DNA from: Nageia nagi
Lineage: Eukaryota; Plantae; Pinophyta
Direction: 5' to 3'
NCBI GenBank assembly: GCA_050084985.1
Contig: JBITNC010000002.1
Span: 39,494,001-39,558,000 of the forward strand
DNA length: 64,000 nt
The notes beneath the pieces were generated by a model. That model worked only from the letters and a program-made list of their open reading frames with translations. It ran no database searches and was not told the origin of the DNA. Within the stretch, counting starts at the first letter, position 1. Each line of letters starts with the position of its first letter. The translations under genes were made by a program, and so were the position numbers. Below are positions 22,051 to 33,512 of this stretch, in pieces.

Positions 22051-24092
22051 GTGAGAAACTTCAGGAAAAAAAAAAATTGATGTTATAATTTTTCACAATT
22101 TTTGTGTCATATCTTGAAAATTCAATGTTTTTAAGATAAGTGGTTATGTTTCTTATGTAGCATCGGTTCTATGGAAGCTCGATGCCCTTTGGAGACAAGA
22201 ATAGCTCCTACAGGAGTGCTGAAACATTGGGATACCTCAACTCTCAACAGGCCTTAGCTGATTACGCAACTTTCATAATAGACTTGAAGAAAAATCTGTC
22301 CTCCCCGGCCTCGCCTGTTATAGTATTTGGTGGCTCCTATGGCGGAAGTGAGTATCTTGTGTTCGTCTAGTTTTGAAGTTTTGAGGATTAAATGACTTGG
22401 TATTGATTTTACTTTGCAATTTAATGGTTGTTGCAGTGTTAGCTGCCTGGTTCCGATTGAAATACCCCATGTAGCCATTGGGGCCGTGGCATCTTCTGCT
22501 CCCATCTTGCATTTTGACAGTATCGTACCGAAAAACATCTTCTTTGACATTGTTTCAAAGGACTTCAAGGTTAGATACAAGTTTACTATTATAGATTTTG
22601 ATTTATATATATATTTGATGGGTAATAATAATGAACATCATGAATTGTGTGACTGCAGCAAACAAGCCTGAGTTGCTTCAATGTTATCAAAGAATCATGG
22701 GATGATCTCCAAGCTCAGTCCACCGAAGAAGGAGGGCTTCAGAAGATCAGCAAAACTTTTAGAACTTGCAAGTAATGATTTCCTTATAAAACAAATAATT
22801 CCCTTTATCGTTGGCCTTAACATACTAAAAATATATATATGCTAAAGGTTGTATGTTGCAGGGATCTCAAGAGTGTAGACCCAGTAAGGAACTGGCTAGA
22901 TGAGGCATTCATTTACACTGCAATGACCAACTACCCAACAGCCACCAACTTCTTGATGCCTCTTCCTGCTTACCCTGTAACAGCGGTATGAAGTTTTGCA
23001 CAAGCATTGTGTGCCTTTCTTCAACATCTTGATTTGTGTACTTCAGGAATCATCTTTATCTCTAATTCATGTATGTTTGTGTCCAGATGTGTGAAGTCAT
23101 TGACAGTTTTCCCCAAGGCACAGATAACTATCTAGAGTATCTGCTGCTGCAAGCATATATTACAATTATTCCAACACCGAGAGATGCTTTGAAATGGAGC
23201 ATGGAAGTGATCCTCATGGTATGGATGGATGGGGATGGCAGGTGAAGCACCAATCAAACCAAAATTCGAATGTTTTTTTCCAGACCATATTTCAAAATTT
23301 GGGTACCCATAATAACTGACCATTTTCATTAATCACAGGCCTGCACAGAAATGGTGATGCTCATGAACAGGTCAGCCAATGGGATGTTCCCACCTTCCAG
23401 CGATGATTATCCTTCCTATGAACAAGATTGTCTAAGGCAGTACGGGGTGAAGCCAAGGCCACACTGGATAACCACAGAGTTTGGTGGACATGTAAGCCTA
23501 TACGGACACTAATTTAAAATAAATCACAATCCAACAGTAGAAGTCAAAATCTGATACATCTACAATGCAGGATATCAGCACTGTGCTCAAACACTTTGGA
23601 AGCAACATAATCTTTTCAAATGGATTGGTCGATCCATGGAGTGGGGGAGGGTAAGCTTAGATAATATCTTCTTTTTAACCAATCTTTTTTATTGGGACCC
23701 AGTAGTTCAACTGCCATTATTTACCATCAACAGAGTTAATCTCTCTGACTTGAGTTATACATTCAATATTCGGAAATGCAGAGTCCTGAAGAATATATCC
23801 AAAAGCCTGGTAGCATTGGTCACCGAAAAAGGTACATGGGGGTTAATGATCTGCAAGTCTTAGAATATAATATTAATTTCCATGTGATGTGCTTGAATTA
23901 GAGCTGTATTCTAATTCTGCATTATTGACAGGTGCCCACCATGTTGATTTTCGGTTTTCAACAAGTGAGGACCCAGACTGGTTGGTTCAACAGAGAACAA
24001 AAGAAGTCCAACTGATCAATGAATGGTTGGGGAATACTATAACGAGTTATCATGATAATGACCCGCCACAAGGTATGGAGTATGGATTATAG
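21604..24092 (+). CDS. PRCP: Serine carboxypeptidase family S28 (lysosomal Pro-X carboxypeptidase / prolylcarboxypeptidase-like), 10 exons, ~520 aa if frames are repaired; frameshifted as sequenced
   Basis: Hydrophobic N-terminal signal, then [57 protein letters not shown] (catalytic Ser), [23 protein letters not shown] (Asp), GAHHVD (His). Exons 21604-22050, 22161-22347, 22437-22569, 22659-22771, 22862-22985, 23087-23241, 23339-23491, 23571-23650, 23782-23831, 23932-24092, all with GT-AG introns. The symbol denotes family homology, not proven orthology. Confidence 0.93.
22161..22347 (+). CDS. S28 peptidase exon 2 (catalytic Ser motif)
   Basis: tag|HRFYGSSMP...[10 protein letters not shown]|gtgag. 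Confidence 0.93.
22437..22569 (+). CDS. S28 peptidase exon 3 (contains a -1 frameshift at the C run 22465-22468)
   Basis: [11 protein letters not shown], then [14 protein letters not shown]...SKDFK in a shifted frame. Confidence 0.9.
22659..22771 (+). CDS. S28 peptidase exon 4
   Basis: [17 protein letters not shown]...KTFRTCK with cag/gt boundaries. Confidence 0.88.
22862..22985 (+). CDS. S28 peptidase exon 5
   Basis: [41 protein letters not shown]. Confidence 0.9.
23087..23241 (+). CDS. S28 peptidase exon 6 (contains a -1 frameshift at ~23126-23127)
   Basis: [13 protein letters not shown], then [15 protein letters not shown]...GWGWQ in a shifted frame; 155 nt where 156 is needed. Confidence 0.88.
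23339..23491 (+). CDS. S28 peptidase exon 7
   Basis: ACTEMVML...[17 protein letters not shown]. Confidence 0.92.
23571..23650 (+). CDS. S28 peptidase exon 8 (catalytic Asp)
   Basis: [26 protein letters not shown]. Confidence 0.92.
23782..23831 (+). CDS. S28 peptidase exon 9
   Basis: [17 protein letters not shown]. Confidence 0.9.
23932..24092 (+). CDS. S28 peptidase exon 10 (catalytic His); stop at 24092 as sequenced, or 24055 if one G is restored at 24029-24032
   Basis: [33 protein letters not shown]. Confidence 0.9.
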
Positions 24093-24781
24093 TGTAAGGT
24101 TCAGAAGTGGACATAGATTTAATTATGTGCTATCACATGGTGTCTGTCCTGGTATTGTCTTCTAACGATAACTTCAGAAATACCATCAAGGTGGGAATCA
24201 GCCACTGCCATGAAATGAAACTATGCTATCTCCTTGTATTGTATTTTAGGAATGATTTCATGCAATCAATTTGTAAACAAACCTTGAAAAAGGCTTTTTG
24301 CACCAAATTTTGTACTTGAGTTCTCTAAAAGTCATCTCATGTCAACAGGCCAACCAGCATGTTATGATTTGCTCTTCAAGTATAGGATTTTGCTTTGGTA
24401 CCATACTTCCTAAAAAGTTTTAAATTTTTAAGATTTATTGTTTGAATTCAACCTCTTTTTTTTTGGCATACACATGAGAAGTATTTAAATCGCCAAACTT
24501 GAACTAAGAACCTCCCAATTCAATGGAAATTGGCTGCTACACTCAGTAAAAATATTATACTGGAATAGGACTCTCTTCCGTGCCACTTTCAGACATGTCA
24601 AATCCTGGTGAACATACATATTTTGTCATGATTCTCTACTTCTACTTCTCCTTTTGGTACAGCAGAGCAGAGGTTATTGTTTGACTGATATCCAACAGAT
24701 CAAAATAGTTTTTCCGTGATACCAATCCAGAATTTAGTTCAGATGCATGACATGAATCTTCAAGCAAGCAACTCAATTTCT

Positions 24782-25030
24782 TTCTAAATGCGATAAGTAA
24801 TATAATATTTGAGGTTTCTTGTGGAAGTGAAGTTAGATGGAAGTTGGATCTATCAATATTTATTTATTGTGGTTTATTTGAGTAGTTTTAAAAAATTTAA
24901 ATTATAGTTTATTCTAAATGTGATAAGTAATATAATATTTGAGGTTTCTTGAGTTATGGAAGTTGGATCTATTAATATTTATTTATTGTGGTTTATTTGA
25001 ATAGTTTTAAAAAATTTATATTATAGTTTA
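24782..25030 (+). repeat. Tandem duplication, ~120-130 bp x2
   Basis: ttctaaatg.gataagtaatataatatttgaggtttcttg...ttatagttta starts at 24782 and again at 24912. Confidence 0.9.
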
Positions 25031-27683
25031 AAGTTAAATTTAAATAATTTTATGAATTGATAGATAGGGAAGTTGGAGAGGTGGGTAGTTTAAAGCTTTC
25101 ACGAGGAAGATTCAGGTTTAAAACCTCTTTATCCTTAAAAGTTGAAATATACCTAAAATCTTATCCAATTGATTGTAGATGCTCATGAGGTGGAGATCGG
25201 ATTCGTGGCTCTAATTTTTGAAGAGTATAATTTAATATTTATTTAAAATATTATTTTTTTGAAAGTATTTTTTATTAGAGTTGTAAATATTATATAGTTT
25301 ATAAAAATTAAATTAGAAGAATTTTTTAAAGTAAAATTGAAATTAAAAAAAATCTATTCTATTAAAATTAATTTGATATAGTTGGAAAAAAGGTATCTCA
25401 ACTCCAAAATTTAAATGAAAAAAATATTGAAATTTTTATTTTAATCTTCATAATGAAAATTACTCAATTTAAATATCTTACATGTATTGATAAAGAGAAA
25501 AATATTAATCAAGAAGAACCTTAAGTTCAAATCCTTATAGGCTACTCAACCTTCAACCTTCAATTGACGTTTGCCCTTGCCATTCAATAATTTTTTTATG
25601 AATACTTATCAAAAAAATTTATATCCTAAATACATTAATAATATAATAAAATTATCTTGTATTTATAATATTATAGATGAATATTTTAAAAAATCAATGA
25701 ATTTATAATTTTTTTATTATACTGTAGCATAGGACAGTGGAGAATTAAATGTTGCATGTGTGTCAGTCAACATGTAAACAATATTAAAAAAAAAAGAATT
25801 TAAGAAAAATATAGTAAGCTAAGAAAAAATATATCTACATAACTATATAAATAAATAAATAAAAACCATTCTCCTATAAAATAAAAATAATTCACATAAA
25901 AATAATTTTCATATTAGATAATTAGAATAGGAAATTACAAATAATTAAAATAAAAGATAAATTTGAAAATGATATTTCTTCATGTTTTTTCATATATAAA
26001 AGATTATATCAAAACTAGTTATTATATATATATATATGAGGATAATAAAAAATATCTACCCTCTTGTATGATGATTACAAAAACAAATTAATCGTATACC
26101 TATTCACCTCTTATAGACAAATTAATTATATGATATTTATTGCTTACATGTAGTAAGATTTTTATAATCTTCTATTCGAAAAAGAAAGGCGTGGATTTTT
26201 ATGGGATATGATTTAATTCACCGATGCAACATCGTCTACCCTGACGATTCCAAAACAATGAAACATTACACCTTAAAATTAAAGCTTTAGTTTTTCGATA
26301 AAGCTCTTATATCTCTCTATTCAGTCGCCCACCAATATTTTATTGTCCAGATTTCTTGGAAGGAAACGAGATTTTAAGAAGTTTCAAAATATTTAATTCT
26401 GCACACTAGTCTAGAAGTTTAATATAACAGTCATATTTTAGGTTTTGTTAGAAGAAATCATATAATACATTTGAGCACCATTAAAACATACTGAAATCTT
26501 GGCGTATGAATTGCTCATAGTTGACACATTGTCCCAAATCTGATAAGAGAATCATTTTATAACATTATGCTTATTCAACTCTTTTTAAAATATAGAAGTA
26601 ATTTTCATACAACATTTAGAGACCAAAGACCTAGCAAAATTAAAGTTTTCATGTTACACATGGACTTTCTAATAATAAAAGTAATTCTCTCGCGGTATTT
26701 CATTCTCAATAGAAGTTAATATAATTTACCTTTAGTTTTACCTCCTTAATATAATTATCTTCAAAATTTTTGTTTACATTTTTTTTAGTATTTTATCATT
26801 AAAAAAAATTATTGAGATAAAAAATTATTAATTAATTATCAAATTTAATTTAATTTTTTTACATAAATTCTCAATATCAATCATTTGTCCTTATTTACTT
26901 TTATGTTTCATTTTTAGTCTTAAGTTGTAATCTCTTAGAAATTGCTCTAATGGTCCTATAAACTATTACAACTTTATCCATTTGGTGTCAATTGCAATGG
27001 TATTTTTCATAAATAGTATTACAACCTTATAACTTGTTCTTTCAATTTGCCATCTTGAACTTGAGAAGTTCCATATCATAATAAAGTTAAGATAAAATAA
27101 GAGAATTGAAAGAAATTGCAAACATTCTTACCACTTTCAAAAGTAGTTATTTTGACTTTGTTATTTTGATGAATAACTTGTTATCTTATAAAATCTTGCT
27201 CTATACTCTACCTTTTAATCTTAGCATTCACACATTCACCATCAAAGGGAAGGAAGATACTTATATAGACATGTAAAACTCGTAGACACCTCAAAATCAT
27301 TATTTACCCTCAATCATTTACATTTAGGCATTTTTTGACCAAGTCACTACATCATAACCATTTTAACCTATTAATGTCGAGCTCTAACTGGTATACCAAT
27401 TGACCTAATCAGGGTATTGGTTGACCTAGTTGGTGTATTATTGGCAAGGCAATCGATGTATCGATCAAATTTCATATTTATAAAATCAAATTCAAAATCC
27501 ATTTTCCCTCTCTTGGATTTTTTAATCTCTCTTTCCTCTTAACCATTATGGAGCCTTCTCTCTCATACAACCGAAGCCTTGGGCAACATCCCAAACCCTA
27601 ATCACCCATAGCACTCCATATCACATCTTTTGATCATTCTTGCAGGTATTAAGGAGAATTGAAAGCTATCTTGGAGCCATTTG

Positions 27684-27733
27684 AGCAACCATACCCTTTT
27701 GACATAGCAGCAACCATACCCTTTTGACATAGC
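27684..27733 (+). repeat. Perfect 25-bp tandem duplication
   Basis: agcaaccatacccttttgacatagc x2. Confidence 0.95.
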
Positions 27734-28334
27734 ATTCCTTACATTTATGTGAGCATGTAGCATGATTTTAGGCTAGATTCATGGTAGTCTATTCTTATTT
27801 TATCATTTTTAACATAACATAAGCCTTTCATCTTGCATGGTAGGCATTATTTTTCTTTGTAATACCCATTTGATTGTGGGAAGGGGGTATACATTCTTTC
27901 GAGGATGTTGAACACCTCTATTTGAGCACACTTTAAGGTCTTAAGGGACTAGAGTATTGAGGTTCCCCTCTAACATTATCATTTGCAAGTTTAGATATTA
28001 AATAAGAGCATATCCTTCGATCATTTTATCATAAGATGAACTCTAACAAAAGCATGTTGATGCAACCTTGATCCCCCTCCCTCTTGAAGCTAGGGTGCTT
28101 TGTGGATGCCCATAGATTGGTGATCATGGTGGGACTTCCCTTGGTCCATAAAACACCAACTTAAAAGAGTTTTCTTAACCTTTATCTCTTTTTTTATGTT
28201 TATTTTTTTCTCCTTTCTTTCACTTTTTCATATGATTATGTGCGCTAAAACTTGTGCATTTCAGTAAATCATATTAAGTGTGCTTAGAATCAAATTTTGA
28301 GGATATGGGCTTCCCATTCTTCTTAGATATTAGC

Positions 28335-28480
28335 CTCCTCATAGAAAATAGATTATCCCTAGTTAGCCTACTCATAGCAGACCATTAGCCATAGCTAGCC
28401 TACTCATAGTAGGCCAATTAGCCCTAGCTACCTACTTGTAGCAAATAGGTTAGATCTAGCCAACAATATGCCTACTAAAT
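28335..28480 (+). repeat. Degenerate ~33-bp tandem subrepeats
   Basis: Recurrent tagcc.tagctagcctactcatag units. Confidence 0.65.
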
Positions 28481-29615
28481 AGCTTTGCAATGATCATCAA
28501 CACTTTAGAACACCAACTTGGCTAGCCAACTTGTATCAGACGAATTCACCTTAATTAGTCAATTATGTGTGTGTCAGTTAGCTCTATTTTAAGGTTTTGA
28601 TCATTTTAGCTATGTTTAACTATTTTTTTATCGCTTGGTTAGTAGTTTCAGCCCTGTAACTAGTTGAAAGGAGTCCATTGTCAATATTTTTAAACATACT
28701 TTGTAATCATATATAATTTTATTTTAGCATTTTTATAAATTATTTTAAGTTGTCTAGGTACCACTATAAACTGGTTCGTTGAACTACTAGTTGGTATTTC
28801 TAATCGATCTATAATGTGGTGGTTAGGATCATAACTTGTACACCATGTATTGAACGATACAAGAAGCATAGAAAAATATCTTCCCAAGCATGTATCCCTC
28901 TTTTGTTATGCTTTAATTTAGGTTTGATTTTTATTTACATCCTAGGGTTTTATTTTACTTTCTTGCATTAGCAAAAGAAAAGAACCATATCATCCTTAGG
29001 AGGGAGTACCTTTTTATTTTCATACACATTGTGTGAAGGGAAATTTTAGTTGCATATTTCATCCGTATAGTTGCATTTTATGTTTACTTTATTGAATTGT
29101 ATTAATCACACATTTGAGCCTAGTTTTTTATCAGGCATGTGGATTTCACTATTATAGTGTCACACACATTAGAGGTGATGACCAAGGTGGGGTTCTTGAC
29201 TTGAGCCTTAAACATTTCACACCCCTAGAGATTAAATTTTCATCCAAAAATACTTGACTAGATCAATCACTAAGCAAAGTAATCGAGAGATCAATTTATC
29301 ATAAAATCAATCATCATTAATTAAAATAATATCTAAATTTAAAAAGAAGCAATTAGATCAAGATAATCACTATTATCATCTTAAATACCAAAAAATATTA
29401 ATCATATAGGATTTCTATCTTATCATATAGGATATTTTTTAATAGACTTTGCATCCTCTAAATCAATATTTAACAAAAATTTAGGTTTGGTGTTTATTTG
29501 CTTATTTTGTTTAGCACCAATGGGATATTGTATATTTAGCAAAAATGTTATTCTTTATATTATTCCTTGGTTGTCAAAATTAATCAATCCTTGGAAATTT
29601 GATAAGGATTTCATA

Positions 29616-29730
29616 TGAACATGGTAGCCACCCTAAGCCTAATTAATTAATCAAGAATAGACTAAGATCAATGAACATGGTAGCCACCCCTAAGCCTAAT
29701 TAATTACATCAAGAATAAGACTAAGATCAA
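29616..29730 (+). repeat. Tandem duplication, ~56 bp x2
   Basis: atgaacatggtagccaccc(c)taagcctaattaatta.atcaagaata(a)gactaagatcaa occurs twice. Confidence 0.9.
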
Positions 29731-31203
29731 TAACAACAAAAATATCAACCCCTTCCATGTAGACCAACTACACCGTAATCTCATCGTTCATTAACATCAT
29801 TTTTCTCATTCTCATGATCACTCTTATCATACTCACCATTATCATCAAACCACTATGCCCCTTGATCATCAATTGGCTAGTGAAATTAAATCCCATGTGA
29901 TATTTCAAAATGTTCCTCAACATATCAAAGATCAATTCATGGATGATCCCATTATTCAAAAGAATTTGGCTATGCTCTTTGAGCAATTTAACCTTCAATA
30001 ACATCAAATGCAAAGTATACCACCATATTAGCAATTCCAAAATATGATTTATCATTATGATCTATCATATGATGATCCAAAATCTTTTTTTGTTAACACA
30101 TCATCAATTTTTGCAACAACGAATTCATATCTCAACCTTTGCAATAAATGGTCTCACAACAATCCCTAACCACATCCTTGCACCAATCATTAATTGTTCC
30201 TACATTTGTATCAAGTGCACAACACAAGTAACCCTAATCATGGATCAACATCTCATCATCATATTCAATAAGTTATACCTCCTAGTCCACCAAAACATCT
30301 TGTTATGTAATCAAATCTTTTGATCACACCAAGCCAACTCACATCATATGGTTTAGGGCTACATCATAATCTCTCTCTCTTGAGAATCCCACATCAAAAT
30401 CAAAATCAACCAACACAAGTATCCAATGTTGGTCATATCAATACTTCCCATCAAGCAAATCAACTAAATCTAAACAAATCCAAGCCATCTTTCAACAAGT
30501 GGGTTCTCAAGGTATCATAAACCAAGATTATTAAAATGTGAATCAAGATCCACCCTTTCAACATATTAATCAACCATCATATCAAAGTAAAGGATACATC
30601 AATCAAATAGATCATCCATAAAATCAAGCATATGTACCACAAAGTCAATTTGCTCCCAATCCAACATGGAATCAACCTTTGGAACAAAGCATGCAACATT
30701 TGGCTATCAACCAACCTATCAAGTACAAAGCATGGAAACCTAACAACCTTCAATAATTCATGATGTTATCTTAAAGAAATTGCAAGATATGAAATCAAGG
30801 ATCAACAATCAAAGCAAAACAAACTAATTTTATCAATCAATTGTCAATGAACCTATCAACCCCATGGTATCAATCAAGCAATTTTCCTACAAGTTTGAAG
30901 TTCCTCAAATATAAAAATTAAAAGTTAAGAAATGTCCAAGAGAGAATTTGAGGCAATTCAAGTATTCATTCTATCTTATAAGCAATGATGATCTTCTCAT
31001 GCTTAGGACATTTCCAATAATATTAGCAGTGCAAGCTTTGGATTTGTACAACAACTTGCCTCAACATAACATCTATTCTTTCAAGCAATTAGCCAATCTA
31101 TTCCTTGACCATTTTTCCATCATCATAAGAAAAAGATCATCTATCACGAACTTAATAAGAATATTATAATATTATGATGAGCCTATCAACGATTATGTGG
31201 CAA

Positions 31204-31325
31204 CATGAGCAACGACCAACGAAGGTTGTGAAAGTGATATGATGATCGACAGAAGCCCACATGGGCAATGACCAACAAAGGTTGTGAAAGTGATGTGATG
31301 ATCGATAGAAGCTCACATGGGCAAC
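31204..31325 (+). repeat. Tandem repeat, ~56 bp x2, at the point where the gag remnant breaks off
   Basis: catg.gcaa.gaccaac.aaggttgtgaaagtgat.tgatgatcga.agaagc.ca occurs twice. Confidence 0.9.
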
Positions 31326-31419
31326 ATGGATTTGATGGTAGCATGATGTAGTTCATGTTATTTGATTAAATAGTTAAACTATGAAATGTGTGTATTCACT
31401 AATAACATTGTGTACACTT

Positions 31420-32415
31420 GCACATAATAAAATAAAACTAAGTGTATATTTGTGTACTTAGTCAATTAATAAAAAATGATTTAACATTGTGATATTTAAT
31501 ATTTTTTTTTTGATATTGGTAAAAATTGTTTATACGGGTTTTGCACAGGATCCCAAAACCTGATTTACAGTTCATCAGACCTTCTACAAGCCTGGAATCT
31601 ATCAAAATTATGCTATGCTGCTCCGGGGGCCCAACAAGATCCCCCGTAGTCTACGTTACTAGTCCCGCCAACCTCTAACTACCCGGGTATATTTATCCCA
31701 ATCCATTTCAAACTCCTTATCCCCACGATCAAAGCAGTCCCACAACAGCTCCATCTCTGTTGCAGAAACCCCTTCCAGGGTGGATGTGGGGATTCCTTCA
31801 GGCACCGTCAGCTGGTTAGAAGCCAACGTGACCTTCCATCTGTCTCCCCCGTATCTCTGTTTACCATACCATCTGAATTCTGTAGCCTTTATTGCCCTGT
31901 AAATGCCTTTGATCTCCTTCCACTTCTTACCTCGTATTCCCAAACAATGTAGTCCTAACGAAATTCTTCTCCAGAAATTGGTTCGAGTCTCTTGTGTCCC
32001 GTCATAGCTTGTTTCTGAGTAATCTCCTTCTAGCCCTTCAGTAATTCAGAAGCAAATAGACCCAGCACTATCTTCTCACGTGCCTTGTTCATCCCGCCTT
32101 CCCACCTGCGTTGGGATGGAGATTTCGCTTGATACTGAGGACCTCCGCGTCGTACAAGCCGTTGAATGCTCCCGTCCTTCCGGGATTTCTCACGCCTATC
32201 CCCTCCCATCTTAGCATCTTTCCCGTGTGGATCCATCATCCCCTCCCCCCCGACCAATTGTGATATTTAATATTAATAAATAAATAAATGGATAATTAAT
32301 TACACATAATAAAATAAAACTAAATGTATATTTGTGTACTTAGTCAATTTAATAAAAAATGATTTAACATTGTGATTTTTAATATTAATAAATAAATAAA
32401 TGAATAATTAATTAC
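31420..32415 (+). repeat. AT-rich ~112-bp tandem duplication; first unit interrupted by the retroelement
   Basis: cataataaaataaaactaa.tgtatatttgtgtacttagtcaatt...ttaacattgtgat at ~31420 and ~32303. Confidence 0.85.
31504..32256 (-). mobile_element. Young 5'-truncated non-LTR retroelement (LINE 3' end) with poly(A) tail and 18-bp TSD
   Basis: Identical flanks attgtgatatttaatatt at 31486-31503 and 32257-32274. T10 run at the left end is poly(A) on the minus strand. Much richer in GC and CpG than its flanks. Minus-strand ORFs 32257-32030 and 31943-31659 are followed by a ~150-nt tail. Confidence 0.85.
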
Positions 32416-32784
32416 AAAATTAATTAACTAATGAATGAAGTAAAATTATTTAAATTTAATAAAATAAATTAATAGTTTAACATTTAACATTAATAAATTG
32501 ATAAATAATTACAAAATTAATTAACTAATAAATTAAGTAAGTAAAAATATAAAATATTTGATAAATTAATCAAATAAGTACAAAGAATATTACTAGATAT
32601 TTTGGGTGCATTCCACCTCTTCTTTGCAGAAAAAACACAAGTGATGAATGTGTGACTCTTTTAATAGTTTACACACTATCGTTTTCTGTCTACTATCTTC
32701 CGTTTTAATGGCAACCATGGAGACAGGAAAAAGGAAAATTTGACAATTGGAGTTGGAAAGATCATGTAGTGAAAAAAACAATTC

Positions 32785-32988
32785 TACACATAACATTTAC
32801 TAATTGCAATGGAAATCACATATTATCAGAAGTAGAAATAGAAATAAATGGTGAAAGAAATTCTCTGCACATTACATTTACTCTTTGCAATCGAAATCAC
32901 ATATTAAGAAAAGTAGAAATATAAATAAATGGTGGAAGAAATCCATTGCACATTACATTTACTCTTTGCAATCGAAATCATATATTAA
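32785..32988 (+). repeat. ~82-bp tandem repeat, ~2.5 units
   Basis: tgcacattacatttactctttgcaatcgaaatca.atattaa and aagtagaaata.aaataaatggtg are each repeated. Confidence 0.85.
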
Positions 32989-33512
32989 CAGCAATAGATG
33001 GAAATAAGACCATCTCCGCCTACTTCATTTTGAAGGCAAAGGTATTACGTTGCTCGTTTTTTCGCAGTCACGTAATGTCATCACTTACCCACCAAAATAA
33101 TATGAACATCATCGCCAAACTTGCCCTTCAAAAGGAAAAAGCTCCTTCAGTTAATTATCTTTGGCATCGATTTAAAATTTGGCCCTATTTTGTTTAATTA
33201 TATGAACTATAAATAACTTCGTTTATATTTAAAAGATATTCTACTTAATCCATAGAAATCATTTATAGGTGTTAATATATATAATTGTTATTATTTATAA
33301 TTATATTTCTTTATAGGTGTTATAATTTAACATTGTTTATATTTAAAAGACGTTCTACTTAATCCATAAAAATTCTTTAAAAAAATCTATTTAATCAAAA
33401 TAAATTGTTATAATTTATAGGTAAAATGAAGTTATTAAATAAAATGAAATAATGAATAGATGAAAATTTATTACAATTAAATGAAATTCAAAATAGAAAT
33501 AAAATAATGACT

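Larger units (their letters stand above)
27230..31203 (+). mobile_element. Truncated Ty3/gypsy (Tat/Ogre-like) 5' half: LTR/UTR-like region and decayed gag
   Basis: Gag capsid-like KFEVP...PRENLRQFKYS...LMLRTFPIILAVQALDLYNNLPQHNIYSFKQLANLFLDHF (30890-31170) follows a Q/H/P-rich stretch. Possible LTR end and decayed PBS near 29160-29192. The 5' boundary is approximate. Confidence 0.65.

Noticed and set aside
29616-31325. Tandem ~56-bp repeats as CRISPR-like arrays
   Set aside because: Eukaryotic context, only two adjacent units each and no unique spacers.
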